Assembly (NCBI GenBank): GCA_043820815.1
Contig: JBDRDJ010000007.1
Span: 30,544-94,543 of the forward strand
From: Candidatus Omnitrophota bacterium
Lineage (GTDB): Bacteria > Omnitrophota > Gorgyraeia > Duberdicusellales > 4484-171
Direction: 5' to 3'
DNA: 64,000 nucleotides
The translations under genes and the position numbers were made by a program. Numbering within the stretch: the first letter of the stretch is position 1; the number at the start of each line of letters is the position of its first letter. Shown here piece by piece: positions 1-8,953 of this stretch. The notes under the pieces were generated by a model, which saw only the letters and a program-made list of their open reading frames with translations, did no database searches and was not told the DNA's origin.

Positions 1-403
1 CGACAATTTGTGCAGTTACGTGTGTAGGAGTTACAAAATTTAAGTTTTGTGCTCCCTGGCGTTGTAAAGCAAGCATCATCTGGGCAAGTTCCTGAGAATT
101 CACTTCTCTACCTTGGCCTTGATGAGAAATTGTATAATTCTGACAAAAACAGCATTCTAAATTACAATGTGAGAAAAAAATTGTGCCGGAGCCGGTTTTT
201 CCTGTAATCTCAGGTTCTTCACCAAAATGTAAAAATGCGCTGTTAACCTTTGCCGAGCTGCCTGTTTTACAGAAACCGGTTTCCCCTTTTATTCTATCAA
301 CTTTACATTTCCTCGGGCATAAATCGCAAAGCTGCAATCTTGATAGTAAATTCTGCTTAATTTCGGAGAATTTATTATGATTTGAAATTAAATCTTTTAA
401 CAT
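1..403 (-). CDS. Radical SAM protein, PflX/COG1313-like putative activating enzyme. Only the 5' part is present; the gene runs off the window start.
   Basis: Absent from the ORF track because no stop lies in the window. Manual minus-strand translation from the ATG at 403 gives MLKDLISNHNKFSEIKQNLLSRLQLCDLCPRKCKVDR...GSGTIFFSHCNLECCFCQNYTISHQGQG...NLNFVTPTH. CNLECCFC is a Cx3Cx2C radical-SAM cluster motif. The start abuts the rlmN stop at 404. Confidence 0.65.
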   Translation of the reverse strand, partial: MLKDLISNHNKFSEIKQNLLSRLQLCDLCPRKCKVDRIKGETGFCKTGSSAKVNSAFLHFGEEPEITGKTGSGTIFFSHCNLECCFCQNYTISHQGQGREVNSQELAQMMLALQRQGAQNLNFVTPTHVTAQIV

Positions 404-1420
404 TTAATGGTGTATTGCCCTAAGTTGGCCGCAAGCAGCATTTATATCTTGCCCCCTAGAACGGCGCGTTGTAAAAATTATTCCTTTTTTCTTAAGCTCG
501 CTTATGAAAATATTGCTCTCTTTATCATCAGGAAACTTTAAATCTCCGTGATTACAGTTGCAGGGGATGAGATTTAACTTATAACTTACACCCCTTAAAA
601 GTCTTACAAGCTTTAAGGCGTCTTCCCTTTTTGTATTCGCTTTTATCAAAAGATATTCAAAGGTAACCGGGTATTTCTGGCGGCGGCTGAATTCTTTAGC
701 GGCATCAACAACTTTTCTTAGCGGATATATTTTATTAACCGGCATAAGCCTTGAGCGCGTAACATCATCCGCGGCATGCAAAGAAATAGAAAGCTTTACA
801 CGGAGGTTTAATTTAGCTAATTCTATTATCTCGGGTACCAAACCACAGGTTGAAATAGAGATGCGCCTTCTACCAAAATAAAGCCCGTTTGGCTCAATTA
901 ATATCTTGATTGTTTTAATAACGTTATCAAAATTATCGAGCGGCTCTCCGATGCCCATAAAAACAATATTGGTTATTTTATCAGGGCAAACGGAATCAGA
1001 TACTGCCATGTACTGATTTAATATTTCAGAAACTGTTAAGTTTCTAACCAGGCCTCCTTTACCGCTATAACAAAACAAACACGCAAACTTGCATCCTACC
1101 TGGGTAGATACACAAAGGGTGCGGCGTGATTTATTAGGTATTAATACTGTTTCTAACCGCGCCTTGTCTTCTAATTCGAATAAAAACTTAACTGTTTGGT
1201 CGATAGACTTCTCTTTCTTTATTAATTTTGGCATTGAGAAAGAATAATTATCTTTTAAATACTCTCTGTGGTTTCTTGAAATATTTGTCATTAAAAGAGA
1301 ATCTTCGATGCGTTTCTTATATACCCAATTAAAAACCTGCTTATACAAATATTTTGGAAAACTTTTCTCTGAGAAGATTAATTTTAATTCATTTAAAGTA
1401 TAATTCTTTATGTTTTCCAT
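404..1420 (-). CDS. rlmN: 23S rRNA/tRNA adenine-C2 methyltransferase RlmN (radical SAM)
   Basis: 338 aa. Carries the CKFACLFC radical-SAM motif, a MGIGEPL motif and the C-terminal DINAACGQL typical of RlmN/Cfr. Confidence 0.85.
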   Translation of the reverse strand: MENIKNYTLNELKLIFSEKSFPKYLYKQVFNWVYKKRIEDSLLMTNISRNHREYLKDNYSFSMPKLIKKEKSIDQTVKFLFELEDKARLETVLIPNKSRRTLCVSTQVGCKFACLFCYSGKGGLVRNLTVSEILNQYMAVSDSVCPDKITNIVFMGIGEPLDNFDNVIKTIKILIEPNGLYFGRRRISISTCGLVPEIIELAKLNLRVKLSISLHAADDVTRSRLMPVNKIYPLRKVVDAAKEFSRRQKYPVTFEYLLIKANTKREDALKLVRLLRGVSYKLNLIPCNCNHGDLKFPDDKESNIFISELKKKGIIFTTRRSRGQDINAACGQLRAIHH

Positions 1421-1444
1421 TAGATATAATATATTAATGAGTTA

Positions 1445-2470
1445 TTAAAGGGCTGGTTCGATTATTACCTTAAGAGAGTTCTTGCCTTCTGAAACTAGCT
1501 TAAATCCTGAACCGGCATCTTTTAGGCTTATCCTGTGTGTTATCATTTTAGCCACGTTGATTACTTTTCTTTGTATTAACTCCAAAGCTATGGCTGAATC
1601 AAGGGGGCTGCTTGCGTAGGAATGTGTAATTTTTATGCTGTTTTTCCAGAAATCATTGACAGGAAGGGGTAAAGTAACTCCCGGTTCAGTGGGGGCAAAA
1701 CAAAGAATAGTCGCACCTCTGTCTACACATTTTAGTGCCTGGTTAAATGCGGCTTTAGCGCTTGTGCAGATAATTACAAGGTCACAAAGCCTGCCTCCGT
1801 TATCTTTTTTGATCCGAGATGAAATATCTTCGTTTGCATTTATCGCTAAATCTGCGCCGAATTCTCTGGCGTATTTCAGACGGCTTTTATCAATGTCAGT
1901 TACAATTATACGCCCACAACCGGATGCGCGCGCCGACAATAAATGAAGAATTCCCGAAATGCCCGCCCCGAGAATAAGAACATGCTGTCCCGGGGATAAT
2001 TTAGCCTCTCTCTGGCCCCTTACAACACAGCCGAGAGGCTCTATAAATGTTCCTTCTTCAAAAGATACTTCATCGGGGAGTAAAAGTGTCCCTCTCTCGA
2101 CGTTTACTTTCGGAACGCGGATAAATTCAGAGAACCCGCCGGGAAAAAAGTTTGTTGTACGAAGCATTTCGCATGCCGTATGATAACCGTTTAAACAATA
2201 ACGGCAACAATTACAGGGCACATGGTGAGAAATACAAACCCTGTCGCCGGTTTTAAAATTATCGACTCCTTCTGCGATTTCACTGACCACGCCGGCTACC
2301 TCGTGGCCTAAAACAAGAGGCGCTTTCTTAATTCTATACCACTGCATACAATCGCTTCCGCATATACCGCTTGCCATCATCTTAACCAGGATCTCGCCAC
2401 GTTCAATCTTTGGCTTAGGCATTTCTTCGTACCTAACATCATTATTGTTATAATACATTGCAACGTGCAT
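1445..2470 (-). CDS. Zn-dependent alcohol dehydrogenase (MDR family, sorbitol/threonine dehydrogenase-like)
   Basis: 341 aa. Contains GICGSDCMQW and GHEVAGVV catalytic-Zn motifs, a structural-Zn Cys cluster (CNCCRYC) and a GAGISG Rossmann motif. Confidence 0.8.
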   Translation of the reverse strand: MHVAMYYNNNDVRYEEMPKPKIERGEILVKMMASGICGSDCMQWYRIKKAPLVLGHEVAGVVSEIAEGVDNFKTGDRVCISHHVPCNCCRYCLNGYHTACEMLRTTNFFPGGFSEFIRVPKVNVERGTLLLPDEVSFEEGTFIEPLGCVVRGQREAKLSPGQHVLILGAGISGILHLLSARASGCGRIIVTDIDKSRLKYAREFGADLAINANEDISSRIKKDNGGRLCDLVIICTSAKAAFNQALKCVDRGATILCFAPTEPGVTLPLPVNDFWKNSIKITHSYASSPLDSAIALELIQRKVINVAKMITHRISLKDAGSGFKLVSEGKNSLKVIIEPAL

Positions 2471-2489
2471 AAATGCGCTACCTTAATAA

Positions 2490-3281
2490 TTATTTGGTTT
2501 TAGCTGTTTCTGAGAATATTGTACAAGCTTCTCTAACATTCGATCCTTGATGAACAATTGCATTTAGGGCTTTTGCCATTGCAACCGGGTTAGCATTTTG
2601 CCAGACATTTCTTCCTAAATTAATTCCTATTGAACCTTTTTGCATACCGTCATAAACAAATTCGAATACTTCTTTTTCTGAATTGCACTTTGGGCCTCCT
2701 GCCATAACCACAGGAACAGGGCATCCGGAAACTATCTTATCGAAATTTTCGCACCAGTAAGTTTTAACTATCCTTGCCCCCAGCTCGGCAGCAATGCGGC
2801 AGCATAAACCAAGGTATCGGGCATCGCGTTTCTCTAATTCTTTTCCAACTGCTGTTACCGCCATAACAGGAATTGCATAATTCTCGCAAAGGTTTACAAG
2901 ATTGGATAAATTCTCTAAGGTTTGCTTCTCATAATCGCTTCCTATAAAAACAGAAATTCCGGCTGCCGCTGCATTAAGCCGGATTATCTCCTCAATTGAA
3001 GTAGTCAAGACTTCATTAGCTAAATCTTTGCCTGCCATGCTGGTTCCACCGGATACTCTAAGAATTATCGGCTTGCTATTTGCCGGGTCAACACATGAAC
3101 GAAGTACGCCTCTTGTTACAAAAAGCGCATCACAAAAAGGAAGTAGAGGCTTAATTGTTTCTCCCGGCTTTTCTAAACATCTTGTCGGCCCTTGAAAATA
3201 ACCGTGATCAATAGGCAAAAAGAAACAATGCCCGTCAGAGCCCACAACTTGACTTAATCTGTTTTTCATACCCCAATCCAT
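2490..3281 (-). CDS. DhnA-family class I aldolase, LsrF-like (3-hydroxy-5-phosphonooxypentane-2,4-dione thiolase-like)
   Basis: MDWGMKNRLSQV..IDHGYFQGPT..IVKTYW..VVMAGGPK closely parallels E. coli LsrF as I recall it (LDWGMQSRLSRI, FDHGYFQGPT, IIKTYY). I chose the ATG at 3281 because a GGAGGT lies 7-8 nt upstream. The ORF track extends the frame to 3320. Confidence 0.7.
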   Translation of the reverse strand: MDWGMKNRLSQVVGSDGHCFFLPIDHGYFQGPTRCLEKPGETIKPLLPFCDALFVTRGVLRSCVDPANSKPIILRVSGGTSMAGKDLANEVLTTSIEEIIRLNAAAAGISVFIGSDYEKQTLENLSNLVNLCENYAIPVMAVTAVGKELEKRDARYLGLCCRIAAELGARIVKTYWCENFDKIVSGCPVPVVMAGGPKCNSEKEVFEFVYDGMQKGSIGINLGRNVWQNANPVAMAKALNAIVHQGSNVREACTIFSETAKTK

Positions 3282-3297
3282 TTTCTTTACCTCCATA

Positions 3298-4734
3298 TTA
3301 TAGGCCGAACCAGCCTTCAACAGGGCTTTTCTTATGCCCTATTCCAATGTGCTTAGGCTGAACATATTCAAAAAAGCCAAATCTGCCCAAGTTCCTCCCC
3401 CATCCTGATTGCTGCATTCCCCCAAAGGGAATCTGAGGTGTCATCTGGACAAAAGTATTAATCCATACTGTTCCGCAATGAGCCTTCTTTGCAAGAGAAT
3501 CAGCTCTTTTGAGATTAGAGGTCCATATCTGTGCCACCAAACCTGTTGGATTGTCCTCTAAGACTTTCTCAATCTCATCTTCGTCTCTAAACCTTCTGAT
3601 AAGAATAACCGGAGCAAAAAACTCTTCGTAGACCATTTCATTTATCGCTATTACAGTAGGGGGATAAAAATAACCCTTCTTTTTAAGAATCTTACCCCCT
3701 GTTAATACTTTGCCTCCCATTTTTGTTATATTTTTTACTTTCTTGTCTATGTTTAGAAGGTGTTCTTTTGTAACCAGAGATCCCATGCCAATACTGGGAT
3801 CAAATGGATCGCCCACTTTAATCATTTCGGCCTTCTGTATCAGCTCTTTAACAAAAACTTCGTATATATCTTCCTGAATGAGGGCAGCGCTCGTTCCTAT
3901 GCAGATCTGGCCTTGCTTCATAAAAGCCGATGCCAAGATGTTTTCAAGGGCGCTTTTTATGTCGGCATCTGAAAATATTGCGGTTATATTGCACCCTCCG
4001 AGTTCACAGATTATTTTTTTAGGGCTTTGGGCTGTTTGCGAAAAAATTTTCTTTAATGTATCTCTTGAACCGGTAAAAGAAATTAAATCCGCTTCGCTCT
4101 CAGCGAGCCATTTACCGACAGTAGGCCCAGGCCCGGTAACAATATTTATTAATCCCTTGGGGATATCTAATTTATCTAAATGTTTTACTAATTCAAGTAA
4201 TGAAAGAGAGCCGTATTCAGATGGTTTTACAATTAGTGAGTTACCTGCGGCAAGCGCGGCAGCGCAACAAAAGCCGAAAATCATCAACGGCACATTATAA
4301 GGAAGGTACACCGCACACACTCCATACGGATCATAGCTTATACTGCTCACACCGCCTTCGACCTGGATGATTTCGTTTTCAAGTATTTCAAGAAAAGAAG
4401 CATAATAATCAAAGCACTGCGCTGCCAGGGGAATATCTACAAACAAAGACTCCTTTAAAGGTTTTCCTATTTCCTTAGACTCTATTTCTGCAAGAGCAGA
4501 GAGATTATCAAGAATAATACGGGATATTTCTCTTAGGATTTTAGCCCGCTCTTTATACGGTTGAGCTCTCCATTGTTTTTGGGCACCCTTGGCGTATTTA
4601 ACAGCATCATCCAAATCTAATTGTGTTGCTTCAAAAATATGCGCAAAGGATTCTTCGGTTGCAGAATTTACCACTTCAATGGTTTGTTTGCTCTTTCTAA
4701 ATTCGCCGCCTATGTAATATTTGTATTCTTGCAT
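3298..4734 (-). CDS. NAD(P)-dependent aldehyde dehydrogenase
   Basis: 478 aa. Contains ELGG and a QICIGTSA catalytic-Cys region, plus an FTGS Rossmann region and a PFGG C-terminal motif. Confidence 0.85.
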   Translation of the reverse strand: MQEYKYYIGGEFRKSKQTIEVVNSATEESFAHIFEATQLDLDDAVKYAKGAQKQWRAQPYKERAKILREISRIILDNLSALAEIESKEIGKPLKESLFVDIPLAAQCFDYYASFLEILENEIIQVEGGVSSISYDPYGVCAVYLPYNVPLMIFGFCCAAALAAGNSLIVKPSEYGSLSLLELVKHLDKLDIPKGLINIVTGPGPTVGKWLAESEADLISFTGSRDTLKKIFSQTAQSPKKIICELGGCNITAIFSDADIKSALENILASAFMKQGQICIGTSAALIQEDIYEVFVKELIQKAEMIKVGDPFDPSIGMGSLVTKEHLLNIDKKVKNITKMGGKVLTGGKILKKKGYFYPPTVIAINEMVYEEFFAPVILIRRFRDEDEIEKVLEDNPTGLVAQIWTSNLKRADSLAKKAHCGTVWINTFVQMTPQIPFGGMQQSGWGRNLGRFGFFEYVQPKHIGIGHKKSPVEGWFGL

Positions 4735-4744
4735 AATATTTGTT

Positions 4745-4767
4745 ACGGGCAGGGTTTCCCTGCCCGT
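4745..4767 (-). terminator. GC-rich intercistronic hairpin: ACGGGCAGGG-TTT-CCCTGCCCGT, a 10-bp stem
   Basis: Perfect inverted repeat between the aldolase stop (4777) and the ALDH start (4734). No clear U-tract follows, so it may be an mRNA stabiliser or processing site rather than a full terminator. Confidence 0.3.
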
Positions 4768-4776
4768 ACAATAGAT

Positions 4777-5778
4777 TTATTCGACGGGGGCTTGCTCCCA
4801 AAGTTTAAAGGTTCTCACCATTACCGAATACCATTTGCTCATTTTGGAAAAGTCCCCTTTTGCCTTAACCTTACCCTGAGTAAGGGCAACAAACGGATTT
4901 ATCTCTCGATTAAAAACTTTCTTTAAAATATCAATTTGCCCGATAATCACAAACTCTGCCATATCACTGTTATCGGCTTTTACTATCCTGCCTTTTTCAT
5001 AGCAAAAGCGCATAGCGCTCTCGCTATCCTGGTCCTTAACAGCCAATGTGCAAGTTAAATCATGTTTTGCGCCCAAGTCCTGGGCCTCCTTATCATCATT
5101 TATCAGTTCAACCAATCTATCAACATGCTCTTTAGAAAAAACCTTATATTTCATAACATTATTCTCCCTTACTTTATTAACACTATTTTCAGTACTGGGC
5201 TTTAAGTCTTTTGCCTGTTGTCTGTTCAGAAGTAAATTTACCTTTGCCTGTTCCTCTAACAGCTCAATTAAACTAAAAGCTTCTTTAAAATCCTTTCCCA
5301 TGGATACAACGCCATGATTCTTTAAAACGACTATATTGCTTCTCTCTAAAGCTGATATAACCGGTTTCATTTCTGTAACAGCGGGTGTTTCTTGAGGAAT
5401 TGCTTGAATATCGCCTAAATAAAATTTAGCCTCAAATGAAAATATTTCTAATCTATCAAAATAATGGAAAAAAGCGGTTGTATGTGTTGGGTGGGCGTGC
5501 AAAACTACTTTTGTATCTTTAAACTTACTCTGTATGTTTAAATGCATGCTTTTCTCGGCCGTAATACCCGGCTGGCCTTCTAAAATATTGCCTTCTGTGT
5601 CAGTAAGAATAATATCGCTATCCTCTAAGTAGCCAAGATAAGAATCGTGAGCAGTAAGTAAAATATTGCCATTATCCAGCTTGTAAGATACGTTTCCGTT
5701 CTTGGCCGTTGCCAGCCCACGCTGGCTTAAGGCTTTTGACCAATAAATTAGCTCTTTTTTCTCTTTTTCAAAACTCAT
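4777..5778 (-). CDS. Class II aldolase/adducin-family domain (MtnB/FucA/Ald2-like) fused to a C-terminal SCP2-like domain
   Basis: The N-terminal ~200 aa carry GNVSYKL, AEKSMH, VLHAHPTH and LKNHGVVSMG motifs. The C-terminal ~110 aa (..FVALTQGKVKAKGDFSKMSKW..) look like an SCP2 sterol-carrier fold. The start at 5778 (MSFEKEKK) follows an AAGGAG. Confidence 0.7.
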   Translation of the reverse strand: MSFEKEKKELIYWSKALSQRGLATAKNGNVSYKLDNGNILLTAHDSYLGYLEDSDIILTDTEGNILEGQPGITAEKSMHLNIQSKFKDTKVVLHAHPTHTTAFFHYFDRLEIFSFEAKFYLGDIQAIPQETPAVTEMKPVISALERSNIVVLKNHGVVSMGKDFKEAFSLIELLEEQAKVNLLLNRQQAKDLKPSTENSVNKVRENNVMKYKVFSKEHVDRLVELINDDKEAQDLGAKHDLTCTLAVKDQDSESAMRFCYEKGRIVKADNSDMAEFVIIGQIDILKKVFNREINPFVALTQGKVKAKGDFSKMSKWYSVMVRTFKLWEQAPVE

Positions 5779-6250
5779 GTATCTTCTCCTTAATAATATA
5801 CTCATCGTTTGCATTAATTACGTAACTTTCTTTATTCGCCGCGGCAATAAAGCCTCCTGTGTCTAAAGTCGAGGCGTCAATATCGAGTTCGCTTAAGTCA
5901 AAGGCTCCTGCGGCAAAATATTCTAAGCCGACATTATGCATTTTGCAAAGAAGAGAAAAATATAAACTCCCGCACACCCCCAAGAAACCATCATCTTTTT
6001 CCTCTTTATAAAAAAGTATCCCTTTCTTTATCTTGCCTTTATATAATAGCAAACCCAGCATATTATCGCTGCAGTATAGACAATTAATGCCTGACTTCTT
6101 TAATGCCGGAATATTATGGCGCAAGCCTAACATGTAGGGCCTGTTTTCCGGCACTATAACAAGGCCGTTTTCTTCTTTAAGCTTAAGAACCGCCTTATCA
6201 GATACCGGCCCCCAGATTGTAACGCATTCATTAATATCGGCTAATTTCAC
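5768..6250 (-). CDS. Small eIF-2B/MtnA-family-like protein; a degenerate copy of the C-terminal Rossmann-like half
   Basis: 160 aa. VIVPENRPYMLGLRHNIPALKKSGINCLYCSDNM resembles the MtnA segment E(T)RP.lQGarLTa.EL...gI. The GADR/NKIGT region is not conserved. Its start overlaps the upstream stop in ATGA fashion. Confidence 0.4.
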   Translation of the reverse strand: MKLADINECVTIWGPVSDKAVLKLKEENGLVIVPENRPYMLGLRHNIPALKKSGINCLYCSDNMLGLLLYKGKIKKGILFYKEEKDDGFLGVCGSLYFSLLCKMHNVGLEYFAAGAFDLSELDIDASTLDTGGFIAAANKESYVINANDEYIIKEKIHEF

Positions 6251-7182
6251 TGTTTTTCATCCTGCATCTGTAATTTTTCACCCTTTATCGAAAGCACAAT
6301 GGATTCTGTTATAAATTCTTTTTTTGTAATATCAAAACAGGGATAAACCCCGTCAATATCATTATAGTTACATTTTAAATACATAAATAATTCATTTTTG
6401 GGCCTTTCTTCTATATCTATGGAATCAATATCAATATCCCTGGGATACTGGGTTAAAGGGTAAAATGGTATATTGAAATAATTTGCCAAGCGGGAAAGTG
6501 CATAAGTCCCTATTTTATTTATAATATCACCCTTTGTTGCCGCCCTGTCGCAGCCGGTTACCACACAATTAACAAGGTTCTGTTTCATAGAAAAGGCGGC
6601 TTGATTATCACAGATTAACCTGCAGGGTATGTTATTTCTCATCAATTCCCACATGGTAAGCCTCGCCCCCTGAAGATAAGGCCTGGTTTCGCAAACAATA
6701 AAATAAGCTGACTTATTCAATTTCTTAAGTTCCTCATAAAGACAGATAAGCTCTCCGTTTATATTACATATAGTAAGGATATTGGCGGGATTAGGAAGTA
6801 TTTGTGCTAATTTCTTAGCGCGCAGTCTTCTTGAGACATCAAAACCATGCACAAAATAATCAACTGCTTTTTTAACCGGGGTTCCTCTTTCGGTTTGCAG
6901 TTTAATAATATCTCTTAACATATCAAAATCAAAAGTAGGCCTCTCTTTCTTGAACCTAACCGCAATATCATCAATTGAAAAAGTGTTATTAAATAACTCA
7001 CAGCAATAAAAAAATAAAAGGACCTGCCCTAATGAACGAGTTTTCATCCCGCTCAATACCCAAAGAGCTTTATCTAAATCTTTTACTTCAATAAAGTCCT
7101 CTTTAAATGGCAGCTGTGTTTCATCAAGGACATATATGATGTTGTTTTCTAATCGAACCGGGTAAAGAAGTGGACTATCCAT
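6247..7182 (-). CDS. eIF-2B family sugar-phosphate isomerase, MtnA-like (methylthioribose-1-P / 5-deoxyribose-1-P / ribose-1,5-bisP isomerase family)
   Basis: 311 aa. Motifs seen: VLDETQLPFKE near the N-terminus, ETRPYLQGARLTMWEL, and VVTGCDRAATKGDIINKIGTYAL. Confidence 0.6.
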   Translation of the reverse strand: MDSPLLYPVRLENNIIYVLDETQLPFKEDFIEVKDLDKALWVLSGMKTRSLGQVLLFFYCCELFNNTFSIDDIAVRFKKERPTFDFDMLRDIIKLQTERGTPVKKAVDYFVHGFDVSRRLRAKKLAQILPNPANILTICNINGELICLYEELKKLNKSAYFIVCETRPYLQGARLTMWELMRNNIPCRLICDNQAAFSMKQNLVNCVVTGCDRAATKGDIINKIGTYALSRLANYFNIPFYPLTQYPRDIDIDSIDIEERPKNELFMYLKCNYNDIDGVYPCFDITKKEFITESIVLSIKGEKLQMQDEKQ

Positions 7183-7200
7183 TTTTTTAGACCAAAGACC

Positions 7201-8019
7201 TTAGAAGTTTTGCGTGCTAATTTTATTACGATATTCGTTAAGTATATTTACTGTTAATTGGCCGGGAGAACCTGCGCCTATTTTTTTATTATCACATTCA
7301 ACTAAAGGCATAACTTCCATAAGAGAGCTTGTAAGAAAAGCTTCATCAGAAGAAAGCAAATCTTCTTTTATAAACTCGCCCTCAGAAACATTAAAGCCTA
7401 AATTCCTGCAGTTATCAATAACTTTTGCTTTTGTCACCCCGCCAAGTATGCCGCAATCAGATGAGGGAGTAAAGATAGCCCCGTCTTTAATAAAAAATAT
7501 GTTACTGCGGGAACCCTCTTGGATATGGTTTCTTTCATTTAAGTAAATAGTCTCATCCTTCTTTTCTTTTTGAGCTAAAAACCAGGCATGCCTGTTTCTC
7601 GCATAACTTATAGATTTAACAAAATTAAAAGGGTCTTTAGAATACCTTACAAAGGGGGCAAAAATTGCTTTAAACCCTTTTTTGTATGATTCATCATTAT
7701 AATAGTTAAATTCTGACGCATAGATAATTATGCCCGTTGATTTACGCTTCTTAAAAACAGCTATTCTAACATATGCATTGATTAGTTTGTTCTCGGATAA
7801 AAGGTTATTTATACATTTGGTATAGTCTATATCCGGCGGCATTAGCTCAAAGAAATCAATGCCCTGCCTTAGTCGCTTAAGGTGCTCGCTTAAGAAAGAT
7901 ATTTTGGCATTGTATACCCGCAGGGTCTCAAACACGCCCCAGCCAAACAGAAACCCCGGCTCAAGAAGATCTTCAACGCTTTTTTCTTCAACTGTTCTGC
8001 CATTTAAGAATACTTTCAT
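7201..8019 (-). CDS. Class IV (fold type IV) PLP enzyme: branched-chain aminotransferase / aminodeoxychorismate lyase family
   Basis: 272 aa. Contains EGSRSNIFFIKDGAIFTP, ILGGVTKAKVI and DEAFLTSSLMEVMPL. Confidence 0.75.
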   Translation of the reverse strand: MKVFLNGRTVEEKSVEDLLEPGFLFGWGVFETLRVYNAKISFLSEHLKRLRQGIDFFELMPPDIDYTKCINNLLSENKLINAYVRIAVFKKRKSTGIIIYASEFNYYNDESYKKGFKAIFAPFVRYSKDPFNFVKSISYARNRHAWFLAQKEKKDETIYLNERNHIQEGSRSNIFFIKDGAIFTPSSDCGILGGVTKAKVIDNCRNLGFNVSEGEFIKEDLLSSDEAFLTSSLMEVMPLVECDNKKIGAGSPGQLTVNILNEYRNKISTQNF

Positions 8020-8061
8020 AAGGATTATTTTATATTTTTTTATCCCATCTTCAAATGCCCT

Positions 8062-8952
8062 TTACAGATTAAAAATACTAAAGAAATTCTTTGTTGTTAT
8101 TTTTTCTTTAACTTCGCTGCCCAGTTCATCCAGCACGGAAAGGTTGGTTTTTATGTGTGAATTTACCGGGTAGTCAGAACCCCAAAGGATCTTATCTTCG
8201 CCGAATAAATCGATTGCAAGTTTAATATTAGCAATCGATGATCCTGATGTATCAACATAAACGTTTCTTAATATTTCTGTTGGCAACTTTCCCAAGTCTT
8301 TTACTATTTTCCGCCCACGGAGCATTGTGTAAACCCGGTCAAATCTATCTTTAAGAAAGGGTACAACGCCTGCCAAAGAAGAAAAGATAAACTTAATTTT
8401 ATACTTGTCGAATACCCCTTCCATCATAAGAAGCCCCAAAAACATAGAAATATCAAAGCTGTACTCTAAAACAGGCATTAAAAGCGGGTCTTTTACGCGC
8501 TCAAAGCCTATGGGATTTATTGTCTGAGGATGGACAAAAACAGGCATGCTGTAATCTTGAGCCGCTTCAAACAAAGGTATTAATTGATCTATGATGAATT
8601 TACCATTATGGCTCGATGAAAGGCTAAGTGCGCTAAAACTATTATTCTTTAATACGGCAACCTGGTGTTTGATATCAGCTATGTTATCAAAATCAATCAA
8701 TCCGGCAGCGATTACTTTTCTGTTTTCTTTAATAACTTTTTCTAAGGCAGAATGATACAGATTGCAAATATTTGATAAACTGCCTAACTTAAGATGTGCG
8801 TCAGTTGAAGGATAAACCAATAGAGCATGCTCTATACCATGCTCATTTATAAATGCATAGAGCTTTTCCTTATCCGTCCACACGCCTTTATAAAATGCAG
8901 TGTGAACGGATAGTTCTTCAGGGATATAGTGAACATGCGCGTCACATAACAT
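8062..8952 (-). CDS. Amidohydrolase_2 (ACMSD-like metal-dependent hydrolase/decarboxylase) family protein
   Basis: N-terminal CDAHVHYIPEE metal motif and C-terminal LWGSDYP. The start is set at 8952 (MLCDAHVH), 1 nt after the upstream stop. Confidence 0.65.
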   Translation of the reverse strand: MLCDAHVHYIPEELSVHTAFYKGVWTDKEKLYAFINEHGIEHALLVYPSTDAHLKLGSLSNICNLYHSALEKVIKENRKVIAAGLIDFDNIADIKHQVAVLKNNSFSALSLSSSHNGKFIIDQLIPLFEAAQDYSMPVFVHPQTINPIGFERVKDPLLMPVLEYSFDISMFLGLLMMEGVFDKYKIKFIFSSLAGVVPFLKDRFDRVYTMLRGRKIVKDLGKLPTEILRNVYVDTSGSSIANIKLAIDLFGEDKILWGSDYPVNSHIKTNLSVLDELGSEVKEKITTKNFFSIFNL

Positions 8953-8953
8953 T

